Below, piece by piece: positions 28,129 through 36,803 of a stretch of 64,000 nt of DNA. The DNA lies in contig DASTJZ010000075.1 in assembly GCA_035716185.1 (NCBI GenBank), positions 59,467 through 123,466 of the forward strand, read 5' to 3'. The stretch comes from Candidatus Dormiibacterota bacterium. Its GTDB lineage: Bacteria; Chloroflexota; Dormibacteria; CF-121. The notes under the pieces were generated by a model, which was not told the DNA's origin, searched no databases, and saw only the letters and a program-made list of their open reading frames with translations. A program made the position numbers and the translations under genes. The first letter of the stretch is position 1. Each line of letters begins with the position of its first letter.

Positions 28129-29498
28129 CGACTAGCTACGATTTAGGCGCCGTGAAGGACCCTGGGGAAGAGCTGGGAGTCGCGGGCGACCCGCGCGAAA
28201 TCATCCTCCCTCGGCCACCCGGGTTTCGCACCGTCCTCGCCAACCAGGACTTCCGCCGCTTGTGGTCGGCGCAGATCGCCTCCCAGCTGGCAGACAAGTT
28301 TTTGATGTTTGCGCTTCTGATCCTGACCTACAGCATCAGCCGCTCGAGCACCCACGGTGCTGCCCTCTTCCTCGCCTATACCTTCCCATCAGTCTTCCTC
28401 AGCCCGCTTGCCGGGGTCTATGCCGACCGGCACGACAAGAAACGGCTGATGTTCCTGACCAATGCCATCCGGGGCGGGCTCATCCTGCTGATCCCGATCA
28501 GCCAAGTCGTGCCCTATTTTGCTCACGTCACCTGGCATTTGCTGGTGATCACGTTCCTCTTTGCCGCCGTCGGCCAACTGTTCGCGCCGGCCGAGGCGGC
28601 CTCGATTCCGTTCATCGTCGGCTCAGAGGAACTGATGACGGCGACCTCGATGTTCACCAGCACGGTGATCGTGACCCTGCTGGTCGCGGTGCCGCTGTCC
28701 ACGATTGCGGTGCGCATCCTGGGCGAGAACTCGCCCTACTGGATCGCGGCATTCCTATTCCTCTTCGCGGCCTGGCTGATCTACTTGATCAAGACCGACC
28801 TGCATGCCCGCACGCACCAGATGGGCGAGCGAGATTCGGATATCCTCTATGAACTGCGTGAGGGCTTCGCCTACATCGCGGCCCGTCCCCTGGTGCGCTT
28901 CGCCGTCGTCCAGCTGAGCCTGACGATCGCCGTGATCTTCTCGGTTTTTGTTCTGGCTCCCGGTTACATGAGCAAGGTGCTTCACCTGCAGGTCACGGAC
29001 GTCTACCTGTTCCTGGCACCCGCGGTGATCGGCATGCTCGGTGCGGCGTTCTACCTTGGGCAGTACGGCCGCCACTATCGCCGCAGCCGGCTTCTGATCC
29101 TGGCCTTGATTTCGTCGGGACTCACCCTGGTCCTGATCGCGGTGGTGCCTTACCTGCTCGAGCAGCTCTCTGCCACCTGGCTGCTCGTCTGGTTCCCGGT
29201 GGTCTTTGGCTTCATCGGTGGGGTTGAATTCGGTGCCCTCTTCATCCCCGCCTTCACCGTGCTCCAGGAAACCACCGAGGCCGAGCTCCGCGGACGGATC
29301 TTCGGCACGATGTTCACAGTGGTCAACACGGCGATCGCGATCCCCATCCTGGTCGCGGGCGGGCTGGCCGACCTCTTTGGCGTCACCCGCGTGATCTTCG
29401 GAATGGGCTTACTCCTCGTCCTCAGTGGCGCGATCTCAGCCTTCGCCGGCCGACGTAGCCCCCTGGTACCCCCGAATCCCGCGAAAACGCCGCTATAA
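28125..29498 (+). CDS. MFS transporter
   Basis: TTGA overlap start; 457 aa, ~12 predicted TM helices. Confidence 0.8.
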   Translation: MTTSYDLGAVKDPGEELGVAGDPREIILPRPPGFRTVLANQDFRRLWSAQIASQLADKFLMFALLILTYSISRSSTHGAALFLAYTFPSVFLSPLAGVYADRHDKKRLMFLTNAIRGGLILLIPISQVVPYFAHVTWHLLVITFLFAAVGQLFAPAEAASIPFIVGSEELMTATSMFTSTVIVTLLVAVPLSTIAVRILGENSPYWIAAFLFLFAAWLIYLIKTDLHARTHQMGERDSDILYELREGFAYIAARPLVRFAVVQLSLTIAVIFSVFVLAPGYMSKVLHLQVTDVYLFLAPAVIGMLGAAFYLGQYGRHYRRSRLLILALISSGLTLVLIAVVPYLLEQLSATWLLVWFPVVFGFIGGVEFGALFIPAFTVLQETTEAELRGRIFGTMFTVVNTAIAIPILVAGGLADLFGVTRVIFGMGLLLVLSGAISAFAGRRSPLVPPNPAKTPL

Positions 29499-29499
29499 T
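29494..29499 (+). promoter_or_regulatory. TATAAT -10 box 13 nt upstream of tRNA-Val, overlapping the MFS stop codon
   Basis: acgccgcTATAATcccgtccgaacacGGGCGCA. The upstream -35 is poor. Confidence 0.3.
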
Positions 29500-29512
29500 C
29501 CCGTCCGAACAC

Positions 29513-29589
29513 GGGCGCATAGCTCAGTTGGTACGAGCGCTTCCATGACAAGGAAGAGGTCACAGGTTCGACTCCTGTTGCGCCCACCA
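29513..29589 (+). tRNA. tRNA-Val (anticodon GAC), encoded CCA end
   Basis: GGGCGCA/TGCGCCC acceptor stem, D arm GCTCAGTTGGTAGAGC, anticodon stem CTTCC/GGAAG with loop AUGACAA, T arm GGTTCGACTCC. Followed by hairpin GCTGGCtaacacGCCAGC (29590-29607). Confidence 0.9.
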
Positions 29590-29734
29590 GCTGGCTAACA
29601 CGCCAGCCCCCGCAGGATTCACCGTTATATCGGCGATGGCCACGAAGGTTCGCCGCTGGTTGGCGCAATTGCTCGACTACGTCCTGCTGCACGGTTTCTG
29701 GAACTAAGCCTCGATAACCGCTACCGTCTACAGC

Positions 29735-30685
29735 ATGGTGGTTGAGTCGGAGGTCCTCTCTCTGGCCGATTTTCGGGCCGCGGCCGGGCGGATTCGACCT
29801 CACATCTTTGCCACTCCGACCCTCTCGGGCGAGGCCGTCGGCGGGCCCGGCGTCTGGCTCAAAGCGGAAAACTTGCAACGCACCGGTTCGTTCAAGGTCC
29901 GCGGGGCGGTCAACGCGGTTCTCCAACTGAGTCCTGAGCAGCGGCGTCGAGGCGTGATCACGTTGTCCGCCGGCAATCACGGGATGGCACTTGCCTGGGC
30001 TGCGGCGACCATCGGAGCCTCCTGTGTGGTCGTCATCCGAGATGACGCGCCGCCGGCGAAGCTGCAGGCGATCCGGGGCTATGGTGCCGAGGTCATCCTG
30101 GTGCCCATCGCAGAGTGGCAGCAACGTCTCGAGGAAGAACAGCAGCGGCGCAACCTCACTCTGGTCCATCCCTTCGACGACCCGGCTGTGGTAGCAGGGC
30201 AGGGGACGGTCGGCCTGGAGGTTCTCGAAGCGGTTCCGGACATCCGGACCATGGTTGTGCCCGTCGGCGGAGGCGGGCTGATCGCCGGCATCAGCCTGGC
30301 GCTGAAACAGCAACGTAAAGAGATCCGCCTGATCGGCGTCGAGCCGGAGGGGGCGCCGGTCGTCAGCGAAGGCCTTGCCGCTGGCCGGCCAGTCGTCCCC
30401 TCGCGACTCGACACGGTGGCAGAGGCCCTGGCGCCGCCCTATACGCGGCCCTTCACCCTCGGCATCATCCAGCGTTATGTCGATGAGATGCGACTCATCT
30501 CTGATGCGGCGATCATCGAGGCACTGAAGGTCGTGGCCCTCAAGAGCAAGCTCGTGCTGGAGCCAGGGGGCGCGGCCGCTGTCGCTGCCCTTCTTGCTGA
30601 CACCACGCTCCCGCGGCCGGCCGTGGCGCTTCTCAGCGGCGCGAACGTCGACGGCCAGAAATTGGGCGGTTGGCTCGCGACATAA
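29735..30685 (+). CDS. PLP-dependent threonine/serine dehydratase (no C-terminal ACT domain)
   Basis: ...WLKAENLQRTGSFKVRGAVNAV... (PLP Lys motif), ...GGGGLIAGI... Confidence 0.85.
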   Translation: MVVESEVLSLADFRAAAGRIRPHIFATPTLSGEAVGGPGVWLKAENLQRTGSFKVRGAVNAVLQLSPEQRRRGVITLSAGNHGMALAWAAATIGASCVVVIRDDAPPAKLQAIRGYGAEVILVPIAEWQQRLEEEQQRRNLTLVHPFDDPAVVAGQGTVGLEVLEAVPDIRTMVVPVGGGGLIAGISLALKQQRKEIRLIGVEPEGAPVVSEGLAAGRPVVPSRLDTVAEALAPPYTRPFTLGIIQRYVDEMRLISDAAIIEALKVVALKSKLVLEPGGAAAVAALLADTTLPRPAVALLSGANVDGQKLGGWLAT

Positions 30686-30689
30686 AAGA

Positions 30690-30715
30690 GATCCCCGGGT
30701 GGCGACCCGGGGATT
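30690..30715 (+). terminator. Hairpin aTCCCCGGGtggcgaCCCGGGGAt after the dehydratase gene (weak U-tract)
   Basis: 9-bp stem, 6-nt loop, 5 nt after the stop; only 'tt' follows. Confidence 0.35.
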
Positions 30716-30746
30716 GAGCGAAGGGCGATTCCACAAGCGTTAACGC

Positions 30747-31235
30747 GTGAAGGGCGCGCCGCTTACGGCTATGGTGCATGCCATAATGCGGTCGTCGATG
30801 GCTATGGCTCCCAACGGCGACGGTGGCGCTCCCGGCGTCCTGGTCTTTGAGAACGATCCCAAACAAGCGATCGCCTATCGCGACCTCTTTATCGATGGCG
30901 GCTACCGGGCGCGGACGGCGCTGCCCAGCGAGGACGTGCAACGGCTCTGCGAACGGATCCAGCCGGCGGCCGTGCTCATCGACATGGCGATCTGGGAAGC
31001 GGATACCGCGTATGTGTTTGGTGTCCTCAACAATGCGGTCGGCTTTCCCCGGCCGGTCATCCTCGCCCTCACCTCGCTGCCCCATCAGGTGCGTCGGGCG
31101 AAGAAGTTCGGCGCCGATGCCACCTGGGTTCGCGGCGTCGATGATGCCGCGGCGTTGCCGCAGCTTGTCGCTGACCTGCTCGAGCAGCGACGAGAGGGCA
31201 AGCTGAAACCAAAATCGCCGGCGACGCCGCTCTAA
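30747..31235 (+). CDS. Stand-alone receiver-like (CheY-fold) protein with an atypical acidic pocket; start uncertain
   Basis: VLVFENDP... AVLIDMAIWEAD ... ILALTS ... RRAKKFG: a REC-like β1/β3/β4/β5 pattern with N replacing the first pocket Asp. Confidence 0.45.
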   Translation: MKGAPLTAMVHAIMRSSMAMAPNGDGGAPGVLVFENDPKQAIAYRDLFIDGGYRARTALPSEDVQRLCERIQPAAVLIDMAIWEADTAYVFGVLNNAVGFPRPVILALTSLPHQVRRAKKFGADATWVRGVDDAAALPQLVADLLEQRREGKLKPKSPATPL

Positions 31236-31311
31236 GCGGTCATCCGTCGCTCGTTTTTTCCCCCGCTTATCCCCTTGAGGGTGGACCAGTGTGCATAAGC
31301 ACGCTCAATGC

Positions 31312-31339
31312 TTGACACGCTCGAAGCGGCGCGGATAAT
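31312..31339 (+). promoter_or_regulatory. Near-consensus sigma-A promoter TTGACA-16 nt-GATAAT upstream of the small zinc-ribbon gene
   Basis: gcTTGACAcgctcgaagcggcgcgGATAATcag, about 45 nt upstream of ATG 31384. Confidence 0.5.
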
Positions 31340-31383
31340 CAGTAGCGCGTCAGGGGAGACCGGTTTCGGCACGGACCGCAGTA

Positions 31384-31698
31384 ATGATGGAGGGAACAGA
31401 AGTGGAGGTCGCTCACGGTTTCAAACAAACCGCTCCGCTTAAGGTCTGCGCTCGTCCGGGTTGTGATGCCTTCGTCAAGAAGGCGACCGCCAAGTACTGC
31501 AGCATTCGATGCTGTGCGCTCGACCCCGGCCGGCAGGAGCGTCTGCGGCGGCAGGCCCGCCGAGCGCCAATCGTTCCCCTAGCGCATCAGCTCTCGTTGA
31601 TGTTCCAGGTGCATCCCGATATCGAGGCCTCGCTCGACGGGCGAACGTTCGGCCGGGAGGACATCCCGGCCGGTTTGCAACGCCTGCGCGCCGTTTAG
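31384..31698 (+). CDS. Small zinc-ribbon protein (CxxC...CxxCC), hypothetical
   Basis: MMEGTEVEVAHGFKQTAPLKVCARPGCDAFVKKATAKYCSIRCCALDPGRQERLRRQARRA... Confidence 0.45.
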   Translation: MMEGTEVEVAHGFKQTAPLKVCARPGCDAFVKKATAKYCSIRCCALDPGRQERLRRQARRAPIVPLAHQLSLMFQVHPDIEASLDGRTFGREDIPAGLQRLRAV

Positions 31699-31750
31699 GC
31701 GCAGTCCAAAAGCCTTCGTATAATCGGCTGACCCTTTCGGGGGGACATCT

Positions 31751-33493
31751 ATGAGCGTTGACCTCGAAACCCTGCGCCATTCGACGGCGCACGTAATGGC
31801 GGCCGCCGTCCTCGACCTGTTCCCCGGGACAGTCATCGGAATCGGACCGGCGACCGACGAGGGTTTCTACTACGACTTCGGCTTCCAGGAGCGCCTCCTG
31901 CCCGAACAGCTGCCAAAGATCGAGGAGCGAATGCGCGAGATCGCCAAGGCGGCGCCGCCCTTTGTCAGGGAAGAGCTGCCCCGAGCCGAGGCGATCGCCC
32001 TGTTCGAGCGCCTGCACCAGCCGCTCAAGGTGGAGTTGATCCATGACAAAGTGACCGACGAGACGGCACGGCTCTACAAGACGGGCGACTTCGTCGACCT
32101 CTGTCTGGGCCCCCACGTCGCGGACGCTGGAAAGCTCGGCGCCTTCAGGCTCCTGAGCATCGCCGGTGCCTACTGGAAGGGAAGCGAGAAGAATCAACAG
32201 CTGACCCGCATCTACGGAACGGCGTTTGCGACCCAGAAGGAGCTCGAGGAGCACCTCAAGCTGCTCGAAGAGGCGGCCAAGCGGGACCATCGCAAGCTGG
32301 GAAAAGACCTCGACCTGTTCGTCATCGATGAGGTGATCGGTCGTGGCCTGCCGATGCTCACCCCCAAAGGCGCCACCATCCGACGCCAGATGGAGGAGTT
32401 CATCCTTCGGCTGGAGCGCCGCCAGGGCTACGAACATGTGAAGACCCCGGACATCGCTCGACTCGAGCTGTACAAAATCAGCGGGCATTGGGAGCGGTAC
32501 CACGAGTCAATGTACGCGCCCTCCCTGACCGAAGACGAGCAATGGCAGTTGCGTCCGATGAACTGCCCGCACCACATCCGGGTCTTTCAGCGCAAGGCAT
32601 ACAGCTTCCGCGATCTTCCGGTTCGCCTCGCCGAACTGGGGACGGTGTACCGCTACGAAAAGTCCGGCGAGGTTTCCGGGTTGATCCGGGTTCGTGCCTT
32701 CACGATCAACGATGCTCACATCTTCTGCCGTCCCGATCAGCTCACTGAGGAGTTCGAACGCGTCATCCAGCTGATCCTTCAGGTGTACCGAGCCTTCGAT
32801 ATCCGGGATTTCTACTTTCGCCTCTCATTACGCGACGACACCAGTAACAAGTGGATGGGCGATCCGGCCGTGTGGGATCGCGCGCAGGAGGCCGGCCGGC
32901 AAGCGCTTCGTGACTCCGGCCATCCATTCGTCGAGGCACCTGGCGAAGCCGCTTTCTACGGGCCGAAGCTCGACGTCCAGATCAAGGATGCCATCGGTCG
33001 CGAGTTCAGCCTGTCGACCAACCAGATCGACTTCCTCTTGCCTGAGCGCTTTGGCCTCGAATACGTCACCTCCGATCAAAAGACGGAACGGCCGGTGATG
33101 CTCCACCGTGCGCCAATCGGGTCGATGGAGCGGTTCATGGCCTACCTGATCGAGCACTACGGCGGTGCGTTCCCGGTCTGGCTGGCGCCGGTGCAACTGG
33201 CCTTCATTCCGATCGCCGACCGTCACGTGGAGGCGGTCGGCAAACTGGCCGATCGCTTCCGCCAGCGCGACCTGCGGGTCGAGGTCGACGCCCGAAGCGA
33301 GCGGATGCAGGCCAAGATCCGGGATGCCCAGATTCAAAAGGTTCCTTACATGGCGGTGGTTGGGGACAAGGAGCTGGAGAGCGGCACCCTCAACATCAGG
33401 CGCCGGGAGGGCGGCGATCAGGAGGCGATTTCGGTCGGTGAGTTCTTGCGGCGTCTCGAGGAAGAAGCGCGCCTGCCGCTTGACCTCACTTAG
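31751..33493 (+). CDS. thrS: Threonyl-tRNA synthetase lacking the N-terminal TGS domain
   Basis: Starts directly in the N2/editing domain (MSVDLETLRHSTAHVMAAAVLDLFPGTVIGIGPATDEGFYYDF). Class II motifs and anticodon-binding domain present; 580 aa. -10 TATAAT at 31719-24 and G-rich RBS upstream. Confidence 0.9.
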   Translation: MSVDLETLRHSTAHVMAAAVLDLFPGTVIGIGPATDEGFYYDFGFQERLLPEQLPKIEERMREIAKAAPPFVREELPRAEAIALFERLHQPLKVELIHDKVTDETARLYKTGDFVDLCLGPHVADAGKLGAFRLLSIAGAYWKGSEKNQQLTRIYGTAFATQKELEEHLKLLEEAAKRDHRKLGKDLDLFVIDEVIGRGLPMLTPKGATIRRQMEEFILRLERRQGYEHVKTPDIARLELYKISGHWERYHESMYAPSLTEDEQWQLRPMNCPHHIRVFQRKAYSFRDLPVRLAELGTVYRYEKSGEVSGLIRVRAFTINDAHIFCRPDQLTEEFERVIQLILQVYRAFDIRDFYFRLSLRDDTSNKWMGDPAVWDRAQEAGRQALRDSGHPFVEAPGEAAFYGPKLDVQIKDAIGREFSLSTNQIDFLLPERFGLEYVTSDQKTERPVMLHRAPIGSMERFMAYLIEHYGGAFPVWLAPVQLAFIPIADRHVEAVGKLADRFRQRDLRVEVDARSERMQAKIRDAQIQKVPYMAVVGDKELESGTLNIRRREGGDQEAISVGEFLRRLEEEARLPLDLT

Positions 33494-34295
33494 ACGGAAG
33501 TGCTAGGTCGGCCATGACACCGAAGTGGTCGCTCGCCCAAACACCGTGCACCGGTTCGGCGAACACGCGCTGACAGCCGGCGATCTCGAGCGTGGTTCCC
33601 CGATGCGCGCCGCAGCTGACCAGGATGTAGTCGATGCGCCGGAACGGCCAGTCGGGCACCACCACGAGCGGGTTGTCGGGGGTATAGGTGTGGCCGGGAT
33701 CGCCAGGGTTCCGGCTCTCCCATGCATCGCGATAGCACACGCTCATGCCGCTCAACGAATGGCGCCCCGTCCAGAAGCGGATGCTGGTCGCCGTCGGGTC
33801 GGCATCCATGTCGTCGGCGACCACGACGTGCCCCGGGTGTCCGGCTAACGCCGCTTCGATGGCTCGTGCGGTGGCAACCGCCTGCAGCTCGCGTTCGTAT
33901 TCGAAGTCCAGCTGCCAACTCGGGAGATGGTTCACGAAGAGGACGTCGCCGACCGGCGTCCTGACATGAGCCATCAGCGCAGTGCACGGGAAGTCCGCCG
34001 TGCGCGGCGTGACATGGAGGTCGACCTCGCGGACGTTGATCAGCGGCCACCGGCTGGCTGTCGACACGCCGTGAAAGCCCTTCTCGCTCGCCGCCACCAG
34101 GCCAAGAGACTGATGGGCGATGTGGTAGTCGGCGCCGAGCACCTCGGCGACCTGGTCGTAACCGGGTCGCACGATGGTCTCCTGAAAGGCGACCAGGTCA
34201 GGCTGAAGCTGGCGAAGGCCATCGACGAGCACGGAGCGCCGTTTCGGCCAGAGCCCGCCGAGTCCCCACAGGTTGAGGGTGAGCACGCGCATCAT
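33486..34295 (-). CDS. Endonuclease/exonuclease/phosphatase (EEP) family protein
   Basis: MMRVLTLNLWGLGGLWPKRRSVLVDGLRQLQPDLVAFQE... Converges on thrS with an 8-nt 3' overlap. Confidence 0.8.
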   Translation of the reverse strand: MMRVLTLNLWGLGGLWPKRRSVLVDGLRQLQPDLVAFQETIVRPGYDQVAEVLGADYHIAHQSLGLVAASEKGFHGVSTASRWPLINVREVDLHVTPRTADFPCTALMAHVRTPVGDVLFVNHLPSWQLDFEYERELQAVATARAIEAALAGHPGHVVVADDMDADPTATSIRFWTGRHSLSGMSVCYRDAWESRNPGDPGHTYTPDNPLVVVPDWPFRRIDYILVSCGAHRGTTLEIAGCQRVFAEPVHGVWASDHFGVMADLALPSK

Positions 34296-34336
34296 GCTTA
34301 GCTTGCCGGAGGCGCCATCGGCTCGGCTGGTCGAGT

Positions 34337-34363
34337 TTGTCAGCGCAAATCACGTGGTATACT
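34337..34363 (+). promoter_or_regulatory. Candidate promoter of the infC-rpmI-rplT operon: TTGTCA ... TGgTATACT (extended -10)
   Basis: tTTGTCAgcgcaaatcacgTGgTATACTcc; spacer 15-16 nt, TGn extended -10. Confidence 0.45.
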
Positions 34364-34433
34364 CCCGCGTGCCAAGCGAGGCTGTCCCAGGCTTCCACCT
34401 CCAGGCCGGCGCCGAAGAGGTCAAAGGGACGAA

Positions 34434-34462
34434 GATAGCCTCGGGGCTATCTTTTTTGTTTT
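34434..34462 (+). terminator. Intrinsic terminator/attenuator in the infC leader (L20-leader-type attenuation)
   Basis: GATAGCCtcggGGCTATC followed by TTTTTTGTTTT, immediately upstream of SD AAGGAGG (34465-71). Confidence 0.7.
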
Positions 34463-34500
34463 CGAAGGAGGCTTGATCCACGGCATTTAGGGAACTTCGG

Positions 34501-35070
34501 ATTAACGATCAGATTCGCGCTTCGGAAGTCCGCGTTATCGACGATCGCAACGAGCAGCTAGGGGTCATGGCGACCGACCGGGCGAAGGCGCTGGCGGTCG
34601 AGCGTGAGATGGACCTGGTTGAGGTGGCCCCTCAGGCGCAGCCGCCGGTGGCGCGGATCATGGACTATGGCAAGTTCAAGTTTGAGAGCCTGAAGAAAGA
34701 CAAAGATGGACGCCGCAAACACAACGTCATCAAGGTCAAAGAGATGAAGCTTCGTCCAAAAATCGGCGAGCACGATTTCCAGACGAAGTTCCATGCCGTC
34801 AAGTCGTTCCTCGAAGAGGGCGACAAGGTGAAGCTGACCATCATGTTCCGCGGGCGCGAGATGGTCCACCAGGACATCGGCAAGAACCTGCTCGATCGCA
34901 TGGCGCGCGAGCTCAAGACCATCAGCACAGTAGAGCGCCTGCCCCTGCTGGAAGGAAAGAACATGATCATGATCCTGGCGCCGGCACAAGCGCCGGGCCA
35001 GCCTCCGCCTCCTGCCCCGACGCCGCCGCAGGCTCGACCCGAGCGCGTGAAGGGGGCGACCCATGCCTAA
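34501..35070 (+). CDS. infC: Translation initiation factor IF-3, probable non-AUG (ATT) start, with a Pro/Ala-rich C-terminal tail
   Basis: In-frame ...INDQIRASEVRVIDDRNEQLGVMATD... lies upstream of the annotated ATG 34567. An in-frame stop at 34474-76 leaves ATT 34501 as the likely start (the known IF3 autoregulatory AUU). C-term ...APGQPPPPAPTPPQARPERVKGATHA. Confidence 0.8.
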   Translation: MNDQIRASEVRVIDDRNEQLGVMATDRAKALAVEREMDLVEVAPQAQPPVARIMDYGKFKFESLKKDKDGRRKHNVIKVKEMKLRPKIGEHDFQTKFHAVKSFLEEGDKVKLTIMFRGREMVHQDIGKNLLDRMARELKTISTVERLPLLEGKNMIMILAPAQAPGQPPPPAPTPPQARPERVKGATHA

Positions 35071-35272
35071 GCTCCGCACCCATCGCGCGACGGCGAAGCG
35101 GTTTCGAGCCACCAAGACAGGAAAGATCGTCCGTCCACACGCCCAGAAGAGCCACCTGCTGGGGCATAAGAGCCCCCGTCGCAAACGGCAGTACAGTAAG
35201 CTGCTCGTCCTGACGGGCAAGGACGCCAAGCGCATCAAACGGGTGGCTCCCTACCTGAAGGAGAAGGAGTGA
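35063..35272 (+). CDS. rpmI: 50S ribosomal protein L35
   Basis: MPKLRTHRATAKRFRATKTGKIVRPHAQKSHLLGHKSPRRKRQ... Confidence 0.95.
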   Translation: MPKLRTHRATAKRFRATKTGKIVRPHAQKSHLLGHKSPRRKRQYSKLLVLTGKDAKRIKRVAPYLKEKE

Positions 35273-35273
35273 C

Positions 35274-35627
35274 ATGCCTCGCGTAAAACGGAGCGTGCCA
35301 TCACGCCGCCGCCACAAGAAGATTCTCAAGCTGGCCAAGGGCTTCCGGATGACGCACCGGACGCTGTTTCGGCCGGCCAACGAGGCCGTCCTGCACGCCT
35401 TGGAGTATGCCTATCGCGACCGGCGCATCCGCAAGCGGGACATGCGCAAACTGTGGATTGCGCGCATCAACGCCGCGTCCCGCAGTCAGGGCATGCCCTA
35501 CAACCTGTTCATGCACGGCCTCAAGCTGGCCGGGGTCAACATCAACCGCAAGATGCTGGCCGATCTGGCGGTTCGGGACGCCGAGTCGTTCAACGAGCTC
35601 ATCGCGGTCGCCCGCGGCAAGGGGTAA
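35274..35627 (+). CDS. rplT: 50S ribosomal protein L20
   Basis: MPRVKRSVPSRRRHKKILKLAKGFRMTHRTLFRPANEAVLHALEYAYRDRRIRKRDMRKLWIARINAA... Confidence 0.95.
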   Translation: MPRVKRSVPSRRRHKKILKLAKGFRMTHRTLFRPANEAVLHALEYAYRDRRIRKRDMRKLWIARINAASRSQGMPYNLFMHGLKLAGVNINRKMLADLAVRDAESFNELIAVARGKG

Positions 35628-35774
35628 GATTTCGGTCAACGTGCGTGTCGACTCGCGCTTCATGTTTATCGGGCCGGCCCGGGCCGGCTGCCGCTGAACT
35701 AGCGCCCGTCAGCGCCGCCTCCCGACCGCCGGCCTGCTCCATGGAACAGTGAACCAGGCGCGCTTGGAGGTGTG

Positions 35775-36803
35775 ATGAGCGTAAACACGGTCGACCTGGA
35801 TGCGATCGCGGCGGAGGCGCGCCGCCGGATCAGTGCCGCGGCCGACGAACCGGCCCTGGAGCAGGTCAGGGTGGAGGTGCTGGGGAAGAAGGGGCAATTG
35901 ACTACGGCTCTCCGTGGCCTGGGGAGCCTGCCGGCCGACCAGCGGGCGGCAACGGGAGCCAAGGCGAACACCCTCAAGGCGGAGATCGAGGCGTTGCTCC
36001 GAGATCGGGCGAAGGCGCTTCAAGCGTCGCGGTTGGAGAACCTGGCCGACACCGAGTGGGCCGACGTCACGGTCGTCCCGACACCGATTCGCCGGGGCCA
36101 TCTGCATCCCCTGACGCTGATCCTGAGGGAAGTGAAAGCGATCTTTTCCCACCTGGGCTACGAAGTTGCGCTCGGCCCACAGGTTGAGGACGACTTCCAC
36201 AACTTCGAGGCGCTCAATATCGGGGAGGAACACCCGGCCCGGGACACGATGGACAGCTTCTACCTCGAAAACAGCAGGCTGCTGCTGCGGACGCACACCT
36301 CGCCCGTGCAGATCCGCTACATGCAGTCGCACAAGCCGCCCATCCGGATCATCGCCCCGGGCGCCGTATACCGGCGCGACGCGACGGATCCTTCCCACGG
36401 CTCGCAGTTCCATCAAGTCGAAGGCCTGGTCGTCGACCACGACATCCGGCTGTCGGACCTGAAGGGCACCATCGAGTATTTCGCCCGTTCACTGTTTGGC
36501 GCGGACCGCCGCATCCGGATCAGCGGCGACCATTTTCCATTCACCGAGCCCAGCATCGGCGCCGCCGTGTCCTGCGGTCTCTGCGGCGGCGCTGGTTGTC
36601 GCAGCTGCAAAGGCGGCTGGCTGGAGATCCTTGGCGCAGGGATGGTGCACCCGCAAGTCCTGCGGAATGGTGGGATTGACCCCGCGCACTACTCAGGGTT
36701 CGCTTTCGGCGCCGGTCTCGACCGGTTGGCGATGCTGAAGTACAACGTCAATGATCTGCGCCTGTTCCTCGATAACGACGTGCGCTTTCTCAGGCAGTTC
36801 TGA
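35775..36803 (+). CDS. pheS: Phenylalanyl-tRNA synthetase alpha subunit
   Basis: ATG 35775, 7 nt after GGAGG. Class II motifs (...FPFTEPS..., ...GAGMVHPQVL...). Confidence 0.95.
   Translation: MSVNTVDLDAIAAEARRRISAAADEPALEQVRVEVLGKKGQLTTALRGLGSLPADQRAATGAKANTLKAEIEALLRDRAKALQASRLENLADTEWADVTVVPTPIRRGHLHPLTLILREVKAIFSHLGYEVALGPQVEDDFHNFEALNIGEEHPARDTMDSFYLENSRLLLRTHTSPVQIRYMQSHKPPIRIIAPGAVYRRDATDPSHGSQFHQVEGLVVDHDIRLSDLKGTIEYFARSLFGADRRIRISGDHFPFTEPSIGAAVSCGLCGGAGCRSCKGGWLEILGAGMVHPQVLRNGGIDPAHYSGFAFGAGLDRLAMLKYNVNDLRLFLDNDVRFLRQF

Noticed and set aside
29634-29708. 24-codon ORF (MATKVRRWLAQLLDYVLLHGFWN) upstream of the threonine dehydratase as a possible attenuator leader peptide
   Set aside because: No run of Thr/Ile/Leu/Val regulatory codons, no obvious terminator/antiterminator pair, weak RBS.
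29150-30736. 528-aa minus-strand ORF
   Set aside because: Antisense to the MFS transporter, tRNA-Val and the threonine dehydratase; no recognisable domains.
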